Shown: positions 37,565 to 48,212, numbered from the stretch's first letter. The stretch: 64,000 nt of DNA from Rhodothermales bacterium (GCA_965224105.1 CBDCYH010000002.1:2028930-2092929); one strand, 5' to 3'. The notes: generated by a model not told the origin, from the letters alone. Numbers and translations are program-made.

Positions 37565-38983
37565 ATGAAGCATATCCTGGTGACAATTGTATTGCTGATC
37601 GTTGCATTTCCCGTGGTTGGGCAGAGCACGGACTTCGATCCTTCGGTGCAGGAGTTTATTTCCGTTTCGGATGACACCTTTGCTCTAAGAGGAGTAGTGG
37701 TTATCGATGGGACGGCCAGTCCCGCCGCTGAGAATCAGACGGTTGTTGTCGACGGCGGCCGAATCGCGGCAGTGGGCCCGGTGGGAGACGTATCCATTCC
37801 TGATGGTGCAACAGTTTACGATTTACCTGGACATACGTTGATTCCTGGTATGGTTGGGTTGCACAACCACACGTTCTACATGACGTCCAAGCGATCACTT
37901 CAACTCAATCGAAGTGCTCCGCGTTTATACCTTGCCTCCGGCGTAACGACCATCAGGACTACTGGCAGCAATGCTCCCTACAGCGAGATCAATTTGAACG
38001 CAGCGATTGCAGCCGGGAATGAGGCGGGACCCGACATATTCTCGACGGGGCCGTATATGACCGGTGGATCGGGAATGAGCACGATGACTCGGCTGGATGG
38101 TCCGGAAGATGCACGAAGAGTTGTACGCTATTGGGCAGAGGAGGGGGTAACCTGGTTCAAAGCCTACACACTCATCAGCAGGGAGGAACTTGGTGCAGCG
38201 ATTGACGAGGCGCACAAACTTGGAGTAAAAGTGACGGCGCATTTGTGCAGCGTTACGTATCAGGAAGCAGTTGCGCTGGGGATCGACAATCTCGAACACG
38301 GGCTGTTTGCAAATACCGACTATGCCTCGAACAAGGTGCCAGACCAGTGCCCGCCGGGATTCCGGACGGAATTTCCTGATTTGGATCTGGATAGCCCCGA
38401 GGTCAGGAAGACATTCCAGATGATGATTGATAACGACGTCGCGATGACCTCGACGCTGGCAGTGTATGAAATGTATGTTCCTAATCGCCCGCCTCTAGAG
38501 GAAAGAGTCCTCGACGCGATGTCACCCGACGTTCGCGAGGAGTACTTAACGACGCGGTCGCAGATTGCTGCGATGGGTGATCAAGCGCCATTCACCGAGG
38601 CGATTTTTCGCAAGGGCCAAGACTACGAGTACGCCTTTTATAAAGCTGGCGGATTACTGGCATCGGGCGTCGACCCAACGGGTTACGGCGGTGCACTTCC
38701 TGGTTTTGGCGATCAGCGGAATTACGAACTGCTCCGGGAGGCAGGCTTTACTGCAGAGGAAACGGTTCAGATAATTTCCGCCAACGGTGCGAAGGTGTTG
38801 GATATTTTTGATGAGGTCGGGACGATCACTCCCGGCAAGCGTGCAGATCTGGTGTTGATTGACGGAGACATCGTTAACATGCCGGCTGAGATTCGTAATG
38901 TTGTCACCGTGTTCAAGAACGGGGTTGGGTTTGACTCGGCGAGTCTGATTGAATCGGTATCGGGTGAAGTAGGTGTCAGGTAG
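37565..38983 (+). CDS. Secreted amidohydrolase family protein
   Basis: Signal peptide, VVIDGT, GLHNH, KAY, TAHL, SGVD and GKRADLV motifs. Confidence 0.85.
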   Translation: MKHILVTIVLLIVAFPVVGQSTDFDPSVQEFISVSDDTFALRGVVVIDGTASPAAENQTVVVDGGRIAAVGPVGDVSIPDGATVYDLPGHTLIPGMVGLHNHTFYMTSKRSLQLNRSAPRLYLASGVTTIRTTGSNAPYSEINLNAAIAAGNEAGPDIFSTGPYMTGGSGMSTMTRLDGPEDARRVVRYWAEEGVTWFKAYTLISREELGAAIDEAHKLGVKVTAHLCSVTYQEAVALGIDNLEHGLFANTDYASNKVPDQCPPGFRTEFPDLDLDSPEVRKTFQMMIDNDVAMTSTLAVYEMYVPNRPPLEERVLDAMSPDVREEYLTTRSQIAAMGDQAPFTEAIFRKGQDYEYAFYKAGGLLASGVDPTGYGGALPGFGDQRNYELLREAGFTAEETVQIISANGAKVLDIFDEVGTITPGKRADLVLIDGDIVNMPAEIRNVVTVFKNGVGFDSASLIESVSGEVGVR

Positions 38984-39842
38984 GATTGGCGCGCTTTAAC
39001 GCGTAGTGATCGATCAGGAATCTTTTTCTGTACATCAGTTGAGCGCATTCGAGAGTTTTTCCGGAGTAGTACAGGTTGAAAGATCCGCCAATGGCAGCCC
39101 CGGCGACAGGCATGAGCTGCGCCAGCTTTGCCCGCGTTAGCTGAATGCCAAGTTTTTCAACCGCTTTCTTTACAGAGTATGCCAGCGAGGACTGACTCAG
39201 CGCTTCGATTCCTTGTTTTTTTGCCAGACCGGCACTAACTCTTTCGACGGGTTTGCTAGCCAGGTTGTTGACGAGCTCGCGCTCACCCGATGCAACGTTT
39301 AGGACTTGAAGGGCGAACAGTCTCTCGCCTTCGTCCTCGATGTCATATCCGTAGTGCGTCGCATATTCGCCTGTCGCCTTCAGGTTGATCGCGACGAGTG
39401 CTACGATGTCCGGTACTATTCCGGCAGCCCCGGCGTAACCGGTCGCGGCACCACTAGCGGTCGCAAGCGATCGATATTTCGGACTAACACCGGTGCACAG
39501 TTCGTCGATTTTCTCGAGTGGGTATCGGAATGCATCGCCAGGTTTCTCAATCTCCAGTCCGGCCGTTCGCGCATCCCGGTAAATTCTCTCCGACCATACC
39601 CAGTCGTGAGACATCTCATTGACGAGTTGCAGCATCCCCGCAATTACATGATCAATTGTCCATTCCACTCCGGGAATCGCTTTGGCCATTTCTGTGAGGC
39701 TGTCGAGCTGCCGACCAAAAAAACCGGAAAGATCCTGAGCGAAGCTTTTTGGCGGGTTCAGCCACTCGTGGATTTCCTCCCACCGCATCTTGTCGTAGTC
39801 GCTAAATCGAGACGTGTCTATGTATGCAGGTAATATGGGCAT
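38976..39842 (-). CDS. EcsC family protein
   Basis: SGAATGYAG.AG..PD.VALV, YATHYGYD and KLAQLMPVAGAAIGGSFN. Confidence 0.8.
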   Translation of the reverse strand: MPILPAYIDTSRFSDYDKMRWEEIHEWLNPPKSFAQDLSGFFGRQLDSLTEMAKAIPGVEWTIDHVIAGMLQLVNEMSHDWVWSERIYRDARTAGLEIEKPGDAFRYPLEKIDELCTGVSPKYRSLATASGAATGYAGAAGIVPDIVALVAINLKATGEYATHYGYDIEDEGERLFALQVLNVASGERELVNNLASKPVERVSAGLAKKQGIEALSQSSLAYSVKKAVEKLGIQLTRAKLAQLMPVAGAAIGGSFNLYYSGKTLECAQLMYRKRFLIDHYALKRANPT

Positions 39843-39884
39843 GAGGAATTATACGGTCGCGTTTCTACGGGGATGCAGCGGAGG

Positions 39885-41888
39885 CTAATTATTAATTGGC
39901 CAGTGGATTCCGAATCGAATGCGCTGCTGCGCAAGTGGATAGGATGGCACGATCATATTGCCGGTGAGGGCGGTGCCAGACAGGATGTTATCAATCCCCA
40001 GGAATAGCGTAGCTCCGCGAACACCACCTTGCGCGTAAAAATCTATTGCCGCAGATCCTTCGGCTTGCCGCGTGTCTCTGGGATCGGCCAACACCAACAG
40101 CCCTGTTGGTGTATGCAGTCTGAGACTAGTCATGTTATTCCAGTATCGGCCGCGGATGAGAACAGTAAGGTCGAGGTCGCCATTATAGAGCAGGTGCCGT
40201 GTACCAACCTCCCCAACCCCAAAGTACTTGGGCCGGGAGGATTCCAGGATTGCGGTAGTTGAATTAGTGCCCGCAGGCGGCAACGAGAGCGTAGGTGTGA
40301 ACTTCAGGAAGGGGCCGCTTGCTGATTGACAACGCATACAGACATCAAGCGTCAAATTACCGAACGATATCGCTTCCGAAGACTGCATCAGCGTGATCGA
40401 ATCCGGAACGGCAGTCTTTTGCCAGTAACGGTAGTCACTTTCGCGCGACAACCCAGCTTCCAATGCAACAAAACTGGACTTTGGATACGTCGAAGCCACG
40501 ATACGTCCGTTGATACTTAATACAGAGCTCGCCTCCACCGTGCTGCTACCGCTAGCAAAAGCGGACAAGCCGTTCAACTCGAGCAAAGTCGGATCGTTAC
40601 CAGTCACGGCGGCTGATCCACTTGCATTCAGGTTGGGGAAGAGTGTAGTCAGCTCCAGTCTTGCGTCTGGCAAAACCTTTCCTGTGTTCCCTGCCAGCCC
40701 TACGGAGTAGCGTGCTGCGATTGTTCGTGACGGAAGATTTCCACCGGTCATCACAGACCAGTTGTTTTTACTTCGCTCATCAAGCGAACTGTTTCCGCGA
40801 CCCTCGACGGAGGAACGAACAAAATCTGCCGCTATGTGGGACAACAATTCGCCAGCTGGAAGTCGTGCATTGAAACTAACCGAGGTACGTTGCCCCACAG
40901 TCGTTACAGTATCCCGGATTCCGTTTCGTTCGTACCGGAAAGAGTTCTCCAGGTTTGAGTGGTAAGCAGTAATCCATGGCATCAGCACCGATTTGAATCC
41001 CAGACGACCAGAAATGTCTGTTCTTTCCTGGCGCCTCTCGTCATTCGAGTTTTCCGTTCGGGCATCGAAGCGGTCGTATATGCTGTTCGGGTCCGATCCT
41101 TTTTGCAAGACACCACCGTGTGTCTGAGCATTTTGCGTGTTGCGTAGAAATTCTAACTGCGACAATACGTTGGAAGAGCGTAGTTGAAACGCACCATTAA
41201 ATTGCCTTCCGCGAGACACTTTCGAGCCTGGATATTCACCTGCAGCGCTTAGGCCTCCGTATCCGAAGAAGATGCCGTACCGATTGGATCGACCAAACCA
41301 TTTTGATGATCGTTCTTGTGCGTGGAAGATGGAGACCGTCTGCAATCCCTGGCTCGAGGTAAAATATTGGGCTTCGGTTACGGGAGTTTCTCTCTCAAGG
41401 GAGACTTTCTCGAGGGAGATCGTCGAGGCATTGCGCGGTAGGAATGGAGTCGATCGAAGCGAATCGATGGAGGAGCGGGGGATGAATTCGTACTGCGGCC
41501 GTCCGGTCAACACATCAGAAAAATCAACCTGCTGATGAGTGAGTGCGGGCCCCTGCATGCTCGGCCACGCTGACAGGTGTGATGGCCATCCGGGCACACT
41601 CAGATCGTACAGGAACATTGATCCGGCTCGACCCAGCTCAGACACAAGATCGGGCCCGGGTAGGTGTACCGCTCGCTTGCCAATAACACGACCATCGTGG
41701 ATGGGGTTGAATGACGGGAGCCTCAGGAGCGGTTGGGCAGGTTCGGTTATTGTCGTTGCGTTGAGGGAGTCGCTGCGGACACGGAGCGAATCAGTTCTTT
41801 CACCGGCGGCTTGTTCTTGTGCCGATGTGCTTTGTGGAAGCACGCGAGTGCACATTAAAAAGAACGCAACCGCTGATTTCCAATGCAT
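39885..41888 (-). CDS. Putative porin / TonB-dependent-receptor-like outer membrane protein
   Basis: Signal peptide, plug-like segment (FSDVLTGRPQYEFIP), alternating beta strands, C-terminal RFGIHWPINN. Confidence 0.65.
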   Translation of the reverse strand: MHWKSAVAFFLMCTRVLPQSTSAQEQAAGERTDSLRVRSDSLNATTITEPAQPLLRLPSFNPIHDGRVIGKRAVHLPGPDLVSELGRAGSMFLYDLSVPGWPSHLSAWPSMQGPALTHQQVDFSDVLTGRPQYEFIPRSSIDSLRSTPFLPRNASTISLEKVSLERETPVTEAQYFTSSQGLQTVSIFHAQERSSKWFGRSNRYGIFFGYGGLSAAGEYPGSKVSRGRQFNGAFQLRSSNVLSQLEFLRNTQNAQTHGGVLQKGSDPNSIYDRFDARTENSNDERRQERTDISGRLGFKSVLMPWITAYHSNLENSFRYERNGIRDTVTTVGQRTSVSFNARLPAGELLSHIAADFVRSSVEGRGNSSLDERSKNNWSVMTGGNLPSRTIAARYSVGLAGNTGKVLPDARLELTTLFPNLNASGSAAVTGNDPTLLELNGLSAFASGSSTVEASSVLSINGRIVASTYPKSSFVALEAGLSRESDYRYWQKTAVPDSITLMQSSEAISFGNLTLDVCMRCQSASGPFLKFTPTLSLPPAGTNSTTAILESSRPKYFGVGEVGTRHLLYNGDLDLTVLIRGRYWNNMTSLRLHTPTGLLVLADPRDTRQAEGSAAIDFYAQGGVRGATLFLGIDNILSGTALTGNMIVPSYPLAQQRIRFGIHWPINN

Positions 41889-42538
41889 TATTCTGGAAAC
41901 AGACCGAACAACCGGCTTTCGATTAGGCCAAGGATTTCTCGCCGATGCGCATCACTTCCGACAAAATCAAGGTGATCTGCCTCAACGATAAGCTTCGGAC
42001 CCGCGGAGTAATCAGATATCCATTCTTCGTAGAGCACGTTCAGTCGCTCGAGGTACTCGATGCGGATGGTGGATTCGAATTCTCTACCGCGGAGTTGAAT
42101 ATGATTCACCAAGGTTGGCACTGATGCGCGCAGGTAAACCAGGAGGTCGGGGGGGGTGAGGTACGAAGTCATGACGGCGAACAAATTCTGATAGTTGTCA
42201 AAATCGCGTGTTGACATCAAGCCCATCTCGTTTAGATTCCGGGCAAAGATGCGCGCGTCTTCGTAAATCGAACGATCCTGAATCACAGAGTAGGGCGCCT
42301 GTTCAATGTCGCGCTGGTGATTGAATCGGCTCGAAAGGAAATAGACCTGGAGATTGAACGACCACCTCTTCATGTCCTCGTAGAAATCCTCGAGATACGG
42401 ATTGTTATCTACGCTTTCATAGAAGGCCTCCCACTTGAAGTAGTCGGAAATGATTTTTGTTAGCGAACTTTTTCCGGCTCCGATGTTGCCGGCAATGGCG
42501 ACGTACTTTTTATTGGGATGTTTTTTGGATGTCGCCAT
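41888..42538 (-). CDS. Deoxynucleoside kinase
   Basis: GNIGAGKSS P-loop, NPYLEDFY, QDRSIYED and RGREFE. Confidence 0.92.
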   Translation of the reverse strand: MATSKKHPNKKYVAIAGNIGAGKSSLTKIISDYFKWEAFYESVDNNPYLEDFYEDMKRWSFNLQVYFLSSRFNHQRDIEQAPYSVIQDRSIYEDARIFARNLNEMGLMSTRDFDNYQNLFAVMTSYLTPPDLLVYLRASVPTLVNHIQLRGREFESTIRIEYLERLNVLYEEWISDYSAGPKLIVEADHLDFVGSDAHRREILGLIESRLFGLFPE

Positions 42539-42636
42539 CAGTCGCGAAGGTAAGGCAGAGATTGGCCTTTGTTTTGGTACCTATCAGGATAGGGAATTTG
42601 CTGATGAGTGTCTCGTAGAAGGTTCTGCAAAACGAC

Positions 42637-43752
42637 TTACGCGACCACGTTGCTGTCGGTGTTGCCACGTAGGCGTGCGTCGAAATCCTTTGCACCGAAG
42701 GAAGTGCCCACTCCGATGGCGGCGGCGATAACGGGGTGATCCAATGGGACTGTTCGTGTTTTGTTTGCGACTTCTGACAGTTCGATGCTGGACAAGTGGC
42801 TCTCCCTGAGCACCACCATTCGTCCGTACACTTTTTCTGCGACCATGCTTGCCGCGTAGTGTCCGAATGCCGTCGACAGAATTCTGTCGTACGGCGTTGG
42901 GCTTCCACCGCGCTGGATGTGACCCAGGACCGAAACTCTAACCTCACTCCGCAACTGGTCCCTCAACTCATGCGCCAGCATGTTGCCAATGCCCCCGAGC
43001 CTGATCGGGTCGGGCGAGGATTCGATCCGTCGCTTCACCTGCATCTCGCCACCTCTCGGTTTTGCTCCCTCGGCGATCACAATTATGGTAAAGCGCTGTC
43101 CGCCAGACTCTCTGCGGCGGCAGACCTCAACAATCTCCTCAATGTCGTACACCAACTCCGGCAGCACAATTACGTCTGCCCCGCCGGCCACTCCCGCGTA
43201 CAGAGCGATCCATCCGGCATACCTTCCCATCGTTTCCACGATCATCACGCGGCTATGGCTCTGGGCGGTGGTGTGCAATCGGTCAATGGCCTCCGTGGCA
43301 ATGGTCACCGCAGAATCGAATCCAAATGTCCGATCCGTACCCATAAGGTCGTTGTCGATGGTTTTCGGGACGCCAACAACGTTCAGTCCTTTTTCCTGGA
43401 GACCGTGCGAGATCGACATGGTGCCATCGCCGCCTATCGCGACAATTGCATCGAGCCCGAGCTCATTGTAATAAGTAACGACGTCGCCGGAGACGTCTGC
43501 TCCACTGCTGCCGTAGTAGTTGAAGGGGTTTGCCTTGTTGCTGCATCCCAGGACGGTTCCCCCGAGACTCAATATCCCACTTACATCCCGATAGGACAGG
43601 CTATGGGCGCGGCGTTCAATTAGTCCTGCGAACCCTTCTTCAAAGCCGATCACCTGTGCGCCATGCTGTCGGATAAGGCTCTTCGACACCGCGCGGATCA
43701 CAGCGTTCAGACCCGGACAGTCCCCCCCACCCGTTAATACACCTACTCTCAA
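42637..43752 (-). CDS. pfkA: 6-phosphofructokinase (PfkA family)
   Basis: TGGGDCPGLN, GGDGT, PKTIDND, ETMGR and GHIQRGG. Confidence 0.92.
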   Translation of the reverse strand: MRVGVLTGGGDCPGLNAVIRAVSKSLIRQHGAQVIGFEEGFAGLIERRAHSLSYRDVSGILSLGGTVLGCSNKANPFNYYGSSGADVSGDVVTYYNELGLDAIVAIGGDGTMSISHGLQEKGLNVVGVPKTIDNDLMGTDRTFGFDSAVTIATEAIDRLHTTAQSHSRVMIVETMGRYAGWIALYAGVAGGADVIVLPELVYDIEEIVEVCRRRESGGQRFTIIVIAEGAKPRGGEMQVKRRIESSPDPIRLGGIGNMLAHELRDQLRSEVRVSVLGHIQRGGSPTPYDRILSTAFGHYAASMVAEKVYGRMVVLRESHLSSIELSEVANKTRTVPLDHPVIAAAIGVGTSFGAKDFDARLRGNTDSNVVA

Positions 43753-43925
43753 TGGATACCCCCGTTAGATTTCAAAGCCTGAAAATACACAATGGTATTA
43801 ATCCGAATGTGGCCCGCATGGCAAGAACCTTCACATCAAATTTGTTTTTAGCGCAGAATACCTGAAATTTGAGGAGGGCGGTGAAAGTTCGCCGCAGGAA
43901 ATGGAAAACCACCCATCAGAAGCAA

Positions 43926-45989
43926 ATGGCCATGCATAGTCACGAAGAGAAGTCAAGCGATCAGGTAATTCCGTTTGTACCGGCTTCAACAAGCTTTCCT
44001 GAGATCACCCTGAAGGCAGTGATTCTCGGTGCAATTTTGTCGGCTGTTCTGGCAGGGGCAAATGCCTATCTCGGATTAAAGGTGGGCCTCACCGTCTCGG
44101 CGTCGATCCCCGCGGCTGTGATATCCATGGCCATTTTGCGGATGTTTCGTGAGCACAATATTCTGGAGAATAATATCGTCCAGACTGCGGCGTCGGCTGG
44201 AGAAGGGTTGGCGGCCGGTGTGATTTTCACTCTGCCCGCATTGATCATGTTGCAGTACTGGCAGGGCTTCAACTTCCTGCCGACCATGGCGATCGCCCTG
44301 TGTGGTGGGATCCTTGGTGTGCTTTTTACTATACCTCTTCGGAGGGCGCTCATCATCGAGGCGAAGCTGCAGTTTCCGGAAGGTGTTGCCACAGGCGAGG
44401 TTCTTAAAGCCGGCGAGCAGGGTGGGGCGGGCGCCAAACTGATCGCCATCTCGGCGGCGGCCGGAGCCGCACTGAAGTTTGCACAATCGGGCCTCAAACT
44501 TTTCCCGTCCAAGGCAAGCGGTGCCTTTACAGCAGATAAGGCAGTCTTTGGTTTTGGGTCAGAACTGGGTGTCGCGCTTCTTGCTGTAGGCTACATAATC
44601 GGACTCAACATCGCGACGCTGGTTTTCCTTGGCGGTTTGATCTCGTGGCTGTTCGCAATACCGATTTGGAGTGCGCTCGCAAGTCCGGAAGAGATCGCTG
44701 CCCTGGGCGAAGGGCTCCACGGCTACGAACTCGCCGAGACCATCTGGAGCAAGAAGGTGCGATACCTCGGTGTCGGCGCGATGGCAACAGGCGGGCTGTG
44801 GGCACTGGTTTCGCTAATCCAGCCGATTCGCGACGGCGTCCGGTCCTCGATGGCCGCCCTCAAGGTGTCGCGCAGCGGTGGGAAAGTAGAGGTCCTCCGG
44901 ACAGAAAATGATATGCCCATCAACTACGTGTTGACCGGTACTTTAGCACTGGCCGTTCCCATCCTGGTTGTCTTTTTCTTTGTGGTGGATAAGGGCGCCC
45001 TCGGAATAACAAGCGGGTTGCATTTCGCCACGATTTTGTTCGGTGTGGTATTCGCACTGTTTGCCGGATTTCTCTTTTCGTCTGTCGCTGGTTACATGGC
45101 AGGCCTGGTGGGCTCGTCTAACAACCCCATTTCCGGAGTTACCATCGCAACGGTTCTTTCGGTCTCGCTCATTCTGCTTGTTCTGCTTAAGTCCCAGATT
45201 GATTTCAGTGTGGACTCTGCAAAGGCAACCGCAGCTGCCGCAACTGCGATTCTTGTTGGCGCGGTTGTGTGTTGCGCAGCGGCGATTGCCGGGGATAATA
45301 TGCAGGACTTGAAGGCAGGACAGCTGGTCGGGGCAACCCCGTACAAGCAACAGATCATGCAGATCGTTGGTGTCGTCGCGGCCGCAATCGCCGTCGCTCC
45401 AATCCTTGACCTCTTGTTCAACGCGTATGGTCTCGGAGATGTCATGCCACGTCCCGGTATGGATATGGACGACGCACTTGCCGCTCCGCAGGCGACGCTA
45501 ATGAGTTCCGTCGCGGATGGGGTGTTCAGACAGAATCTACCGTGGACATTCATCTGGATCGGAGCTCTTATCGCCGTCGCGGTTATTCTGCTTGACAAAT
45601 ATCTGGAGTCACGAGGCTCGTCTTTCCGAACACCGGTACTCGCAGTCGCTGTCGGAATTTACCTTCCTCTCGAGCTGGAAGTACCGATGTTCATCGGCGG
45701 ATTGATTGCCTACTTCGCGGCAAAGGCGTTAAAGAATCGCGGCGCAAGTGAGCGTCAGATCGAAGGGGCGAGTCGAAGGGGACTACTGTTCTCTTCCGGG
45801 CTCATCACTGGCGAGGCTCTGGTTGGAATACTCCTTGCGATTCCGTTTGCCGCGGCACAGAGCACAGATGTGCTTAAAGTGGACCTGCCCATTTCCAATG
45901 AAGTGGCGGTAGCGTGCGCGGTGGCGGCATTCTGTTTCTTCTGCCTCTGGCTGTATCGCATTGCCACGTCCCGAGAAGCAACTGCATAA
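43926..45989 (+). CDS. OPT family oligopeptide transporter
   Basis: AYLGLKVGLTVSASIPAAV, ENNIVQT, FPEGVA, DNMQDLKAG and APQATLM. Confidence 0.92.
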   Translation: MAMHSHEEKSSDQVIPFVPASTSFPEITLKAVILGAILSAVLAGANAYLGLKVGLTVSASIPAAVISMAILRMFREHNILENNIVQTAASAGEGLAAGVIFTLPALIMLQYWQGFNFLPTMAIALCGGILGVLFTIPLRRALIIEAKLQFPEGVATGEVLKAGEQGGAGAKLIAISAAAGAALKFAQSGLKLFPSKASGAFTADKAVFGFGSELGVALLAVGYIIGLNIATLVFLGGLISWLFAIPIWSALASPEEIAALGEGLHGYELAETIWSKKVRYLGVGAMATGGLWALVSLIQPIRDGVRSSMAALKVSRSGGKVEVLRTENDMPINYVLTGTLALAVPILVVFFFVVDKGALGITSGLHFATILFGVVFALFAGFLFSSVAGYMAGLVGSSNNPISGVTIATVLSVSLILLVLLKSQIDFSVDSAKATAAAATAILVGAVVCCAAAIAGDNMQDLKAGQLVGATPYKQQIMQIVGVVAAAIAVAPILDLLFNAYGLGDVMPRPGMDMDDALAAPQATLMSSVADGVFRQNLPWTFIWIGALIAVAVILLDKYLESRGSSFRTPVLAVAVGIYLPLELEVPMFIGGLIAYFAAKALKNRGASERQIEGASRRGLLFSSGLITGEALVGILLAIPFAAAQSTDVLKVDLPISNEVAVACAVAAFCFFCLWLYRIATSREATA

Positions 45990-46000
45990 ACCATGTCGCT

Positions 46001-46687
46001 ATGGATGTAACCTATTTTGGGCACTCCGCCCTGCAGCTAGACTTGCAAGGCGCGGTAGTCCTGGTAGATCCGTTTATATCGGGTAATCCGAAAGCGGGAG
46101 ATGTGACCGCCGCCGACTTGCATCCGGACGTGCTGTTGCTCACACACGCTCACTTCGATCACTTTGGAGATACCCCCGCCATCCTCGAGGCGAATCCGCA
46201 AACAACCTTGGTTGGCAACTTTGAGATTAGCGGATACGCAGAAAGACAGCTCGGGCATACAAACTGCATCGGAATAAATATTGGCGGCGGTGTGAGCTTC
46301 GATTGGGGAAGGGTAACTACGACTCCGGCTCTGCACTCTTCCTCCTTTCCAGATGGGACATATGGCGGAAATCCGTGCGGTTATATTCTCGAATCAAACG
46401 GTAAAACAGTTTACCTCGCGGGCGACACCGCACCGTTTGCAGAAATGGCGTGGCTCGGTGAAGATTTCGATATCGACATCGCCTTTTTGCCAATAGGCGA
46501 TCTCTTCACCATGGGGCCGGTCCAGTCCGTACGGGCCGCCAAGATGCTGCAACCCGATCTCGTAGTTCCCATTCACTACAATACGTTTGACGCGATAAAT
46601 GTTGACACGGACGCCTGGATAGAGATGATAAACTCCGCGGGACTGGAGGCGCGGATCGTACCTCCGGGCGAAACGATTGGCATCTAG
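46001..46687 (+). CDS. Metal-dependent hydrolase, beta-lactamase fold (UPF0173-like)
   Basis: TYFGHS, DPF, THAHFDH, AGDT, LPIGD.FTM and PIHYNTF. Confidence 0.9.
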   Translation: MDVTYFGHSALQLDLQGAVVLVDPFISGNPKAGDVTAADLHPDVLLLTHAHFDHFGDTPAILEANPQTTLVGNFEISGYAERQLGHTNCIGINIGGGVSFDWGRVTTTPALHSSSFPDGTYGGNPCGYILESNGKTVYLAGDTAPFAEMAWLGEDFDIDIAFLPIGDLFTMGPVQSVRAAKMLQPDLVVPIHYNTFDAINVDTDAWIEMINSAGLEARIVPPGETIGI

Positions 46688-46720
46688 TGGAGTAACCACG
46701 GGGTAAAACCCACTCTGCCA

Positions 46721-47710
46721 GTGAACAGAATCACTCACAAAGCGGCTTTCTGGGGCTTCTGTTCAAAGGAGATCAGATCTCGTATTCTCTGTGCTGTTGT
46801 GATTTCATGGTTCATACCCCTGAGTCCGTCCGCGCTCGCACAGAGGCCTTTCCGAGCGTACGAAACCTTTTACCGCGACGAATCGGCAAGACGCGAATTC
46901 TTCGACCGTTACGCGCTGACCGGTGAAGTGTCCTACCGACCGGCAGGGTCCATCGTATCCGAGGGCCTGGCAAGTTCCTCGGCCGATCCGTTCGGGTTTA
47001 GTTTCCGGTTTGATTACGAACTTGCTCCGCGGTTTGACCTCGGCGTGATAGTCGATGCGGCAAGCGGCTTTGCGGGACGATCGCTCTCCGTTAGCTGGAT
47101 CTCGCTAAAGTATTACCGAACTATCGACAATACCGACTACGCTTTTCGGTTGGCGGTAGACCCTTCTTCCGACGCCAGAACAGGTTTTCCGCAAACCGAT
47201 CTTGCGTTCATCTATTCCGCAGTGCTGTCTGCAGAACTTGCCTCAGACTTTGCCATCGGGATGCGCCGGATTAGGATTGGGTATGAACAACTGATTCCCA
47301 CAGATCCGACGAATCCAAACCCCGTCATCAACCCCGGGATAACAGACTTCAGCGTAATCTATACCCGCGCACTTGGTTGGGAGTTGAACGCAACCATGTC
47401 CTACAAGGCCGTATTTGATCCCGCCGGAAGCAATGTGTACTTCGCGGTCCTTGGACAGGCCGGCGCGTACAATCTAGTTGAGGCTTTGCCTGTTGGAACC
47501 GATTCGAACGGCGAGCTGGATCCGGACGGCGCCGACGAAACCGGCGTTCTGCGGGGCGGCGTGATTTGGCTACGTTCGGGGATGGAATTTTCCAGACCAT
47601 CGTATGAGTTTACTCCATTCCTCGGGTTGCCCATTCAGCAGTGGGCACCAGAAAACAGGAATTGGCCAGCTGCGCGCCTGCGCCTGGGCATTCAACTAAT
47701 GTTGCGGTAG
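46721..47710 (+). CDS. Hypothetical secreted/outer-membrane beta protein
   Basis: Signal peptide ending ALA|Q; alternating aromatic/hydrophobic strands. Confidence 0.6.
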   Translation: MNRITHKAAFWGFCSKEIRSRILCAVVISWFIPLSPSALAQRPFRAYETFYRDESARREFFDRYALTGEVSYRPAGSIVSEGLASSSADPFGFSFRFDYELAPRFDLGVIVDAASGFAGRSLSVSWISLKYYRTIDNTDYAFRLAVDPSSDARTGFPQTDLAFIYSAVLSAELASDFAIGMRRIRIGYEQLIPTDPTNPNPVINPGITDFSVIYTRALGWELNATMSYKAVFDPAGSNVYFAVLGQAGAYNLVEALPVGTDSNGELDPDGADETGVLRGGVIWLRSGMEFSRPSYEFTPFLGLPIQQWAPENRNWPAARLRLGIQLMLR

Positions 47711-47716
47711 AGCCCT

Positions 47717-48211
47717 GTGACCATTGGTGTAATCTCCGACACACACGGCTATTACCATCCTGCGATAGACGACGTTTTCGAAAGCGTCGACCACATTCTT
47801 CACGCAGGAGACTTGGGCTCTCTTGAGATACTCGACTTGCTCTCGAATCTCGCCCCCGTTACGGCCGTCTATGGAAATATCGACGGCCACAACGTTCGTA
47901 AAGAACTAGAGGAAACGGTCACCCTAGACCTTGGGGGAGTTACTTTTACGATGACGCATATCGCGGGCAGACCAGGGAGGTGGCAACGGCAGATGGATTC
48001 GTATCTTCGCGAGAATACCCCCGACGTTTTTGTTTGCGGTCACAGCCACATTCTCCAAATCGAACGAGTGAGATCGATCAATAACATGCTTTTTGTAAAT
48101 CCTGGTGCTGCCGGGAAGCAGGGGCTCCACAAGATTAAGACGTGCGCGCGACTTAGTGTCGAAGGCGGATCCTTGACCGGTGCCGAAGTTATCCACCTGG
48201 ATGAACAATAG
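47717..48211 (+). CDS. Metallophosphoesterase (YfcE-like)
   Basis: SDTH, HAGD, GNID, TH, GHSH and NPG motifs. Confidence 0.9.
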   Translation: MTIGVISDTHGYYHPAIDDVFESVDHILHAGDLGSLEILDLLSNLAPVTAVYGNIDGHNVRKELEETVTLDLGGVTFTMTHIAGRPGRWQRQMDSYLRENTPDVFVCGHSHILQIERVRSINNMLFVNPGAAGKQGLHKIKTCARLSVEGGSLTGAEVIHLDEQ

Positions 48212-48212
48212 T

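Noticed and set aside
42149-42156. G8 homopolymer in the deoxynucleoside kinase gene
   Set aside because: The frame is intact (Thr-Pro-Pro) in a housekeeping gene and the tract is too short to call phase variation.
42796-43623. Long antisense ORFs (e.g. 42796-43623, 7091-7783, 49098-49781, 25937-26500, 32619-33203)
   Set aside because: They shadow well-supported genes on the opposite strand and have no protein motifs; typical of GC-rich coding DNA.
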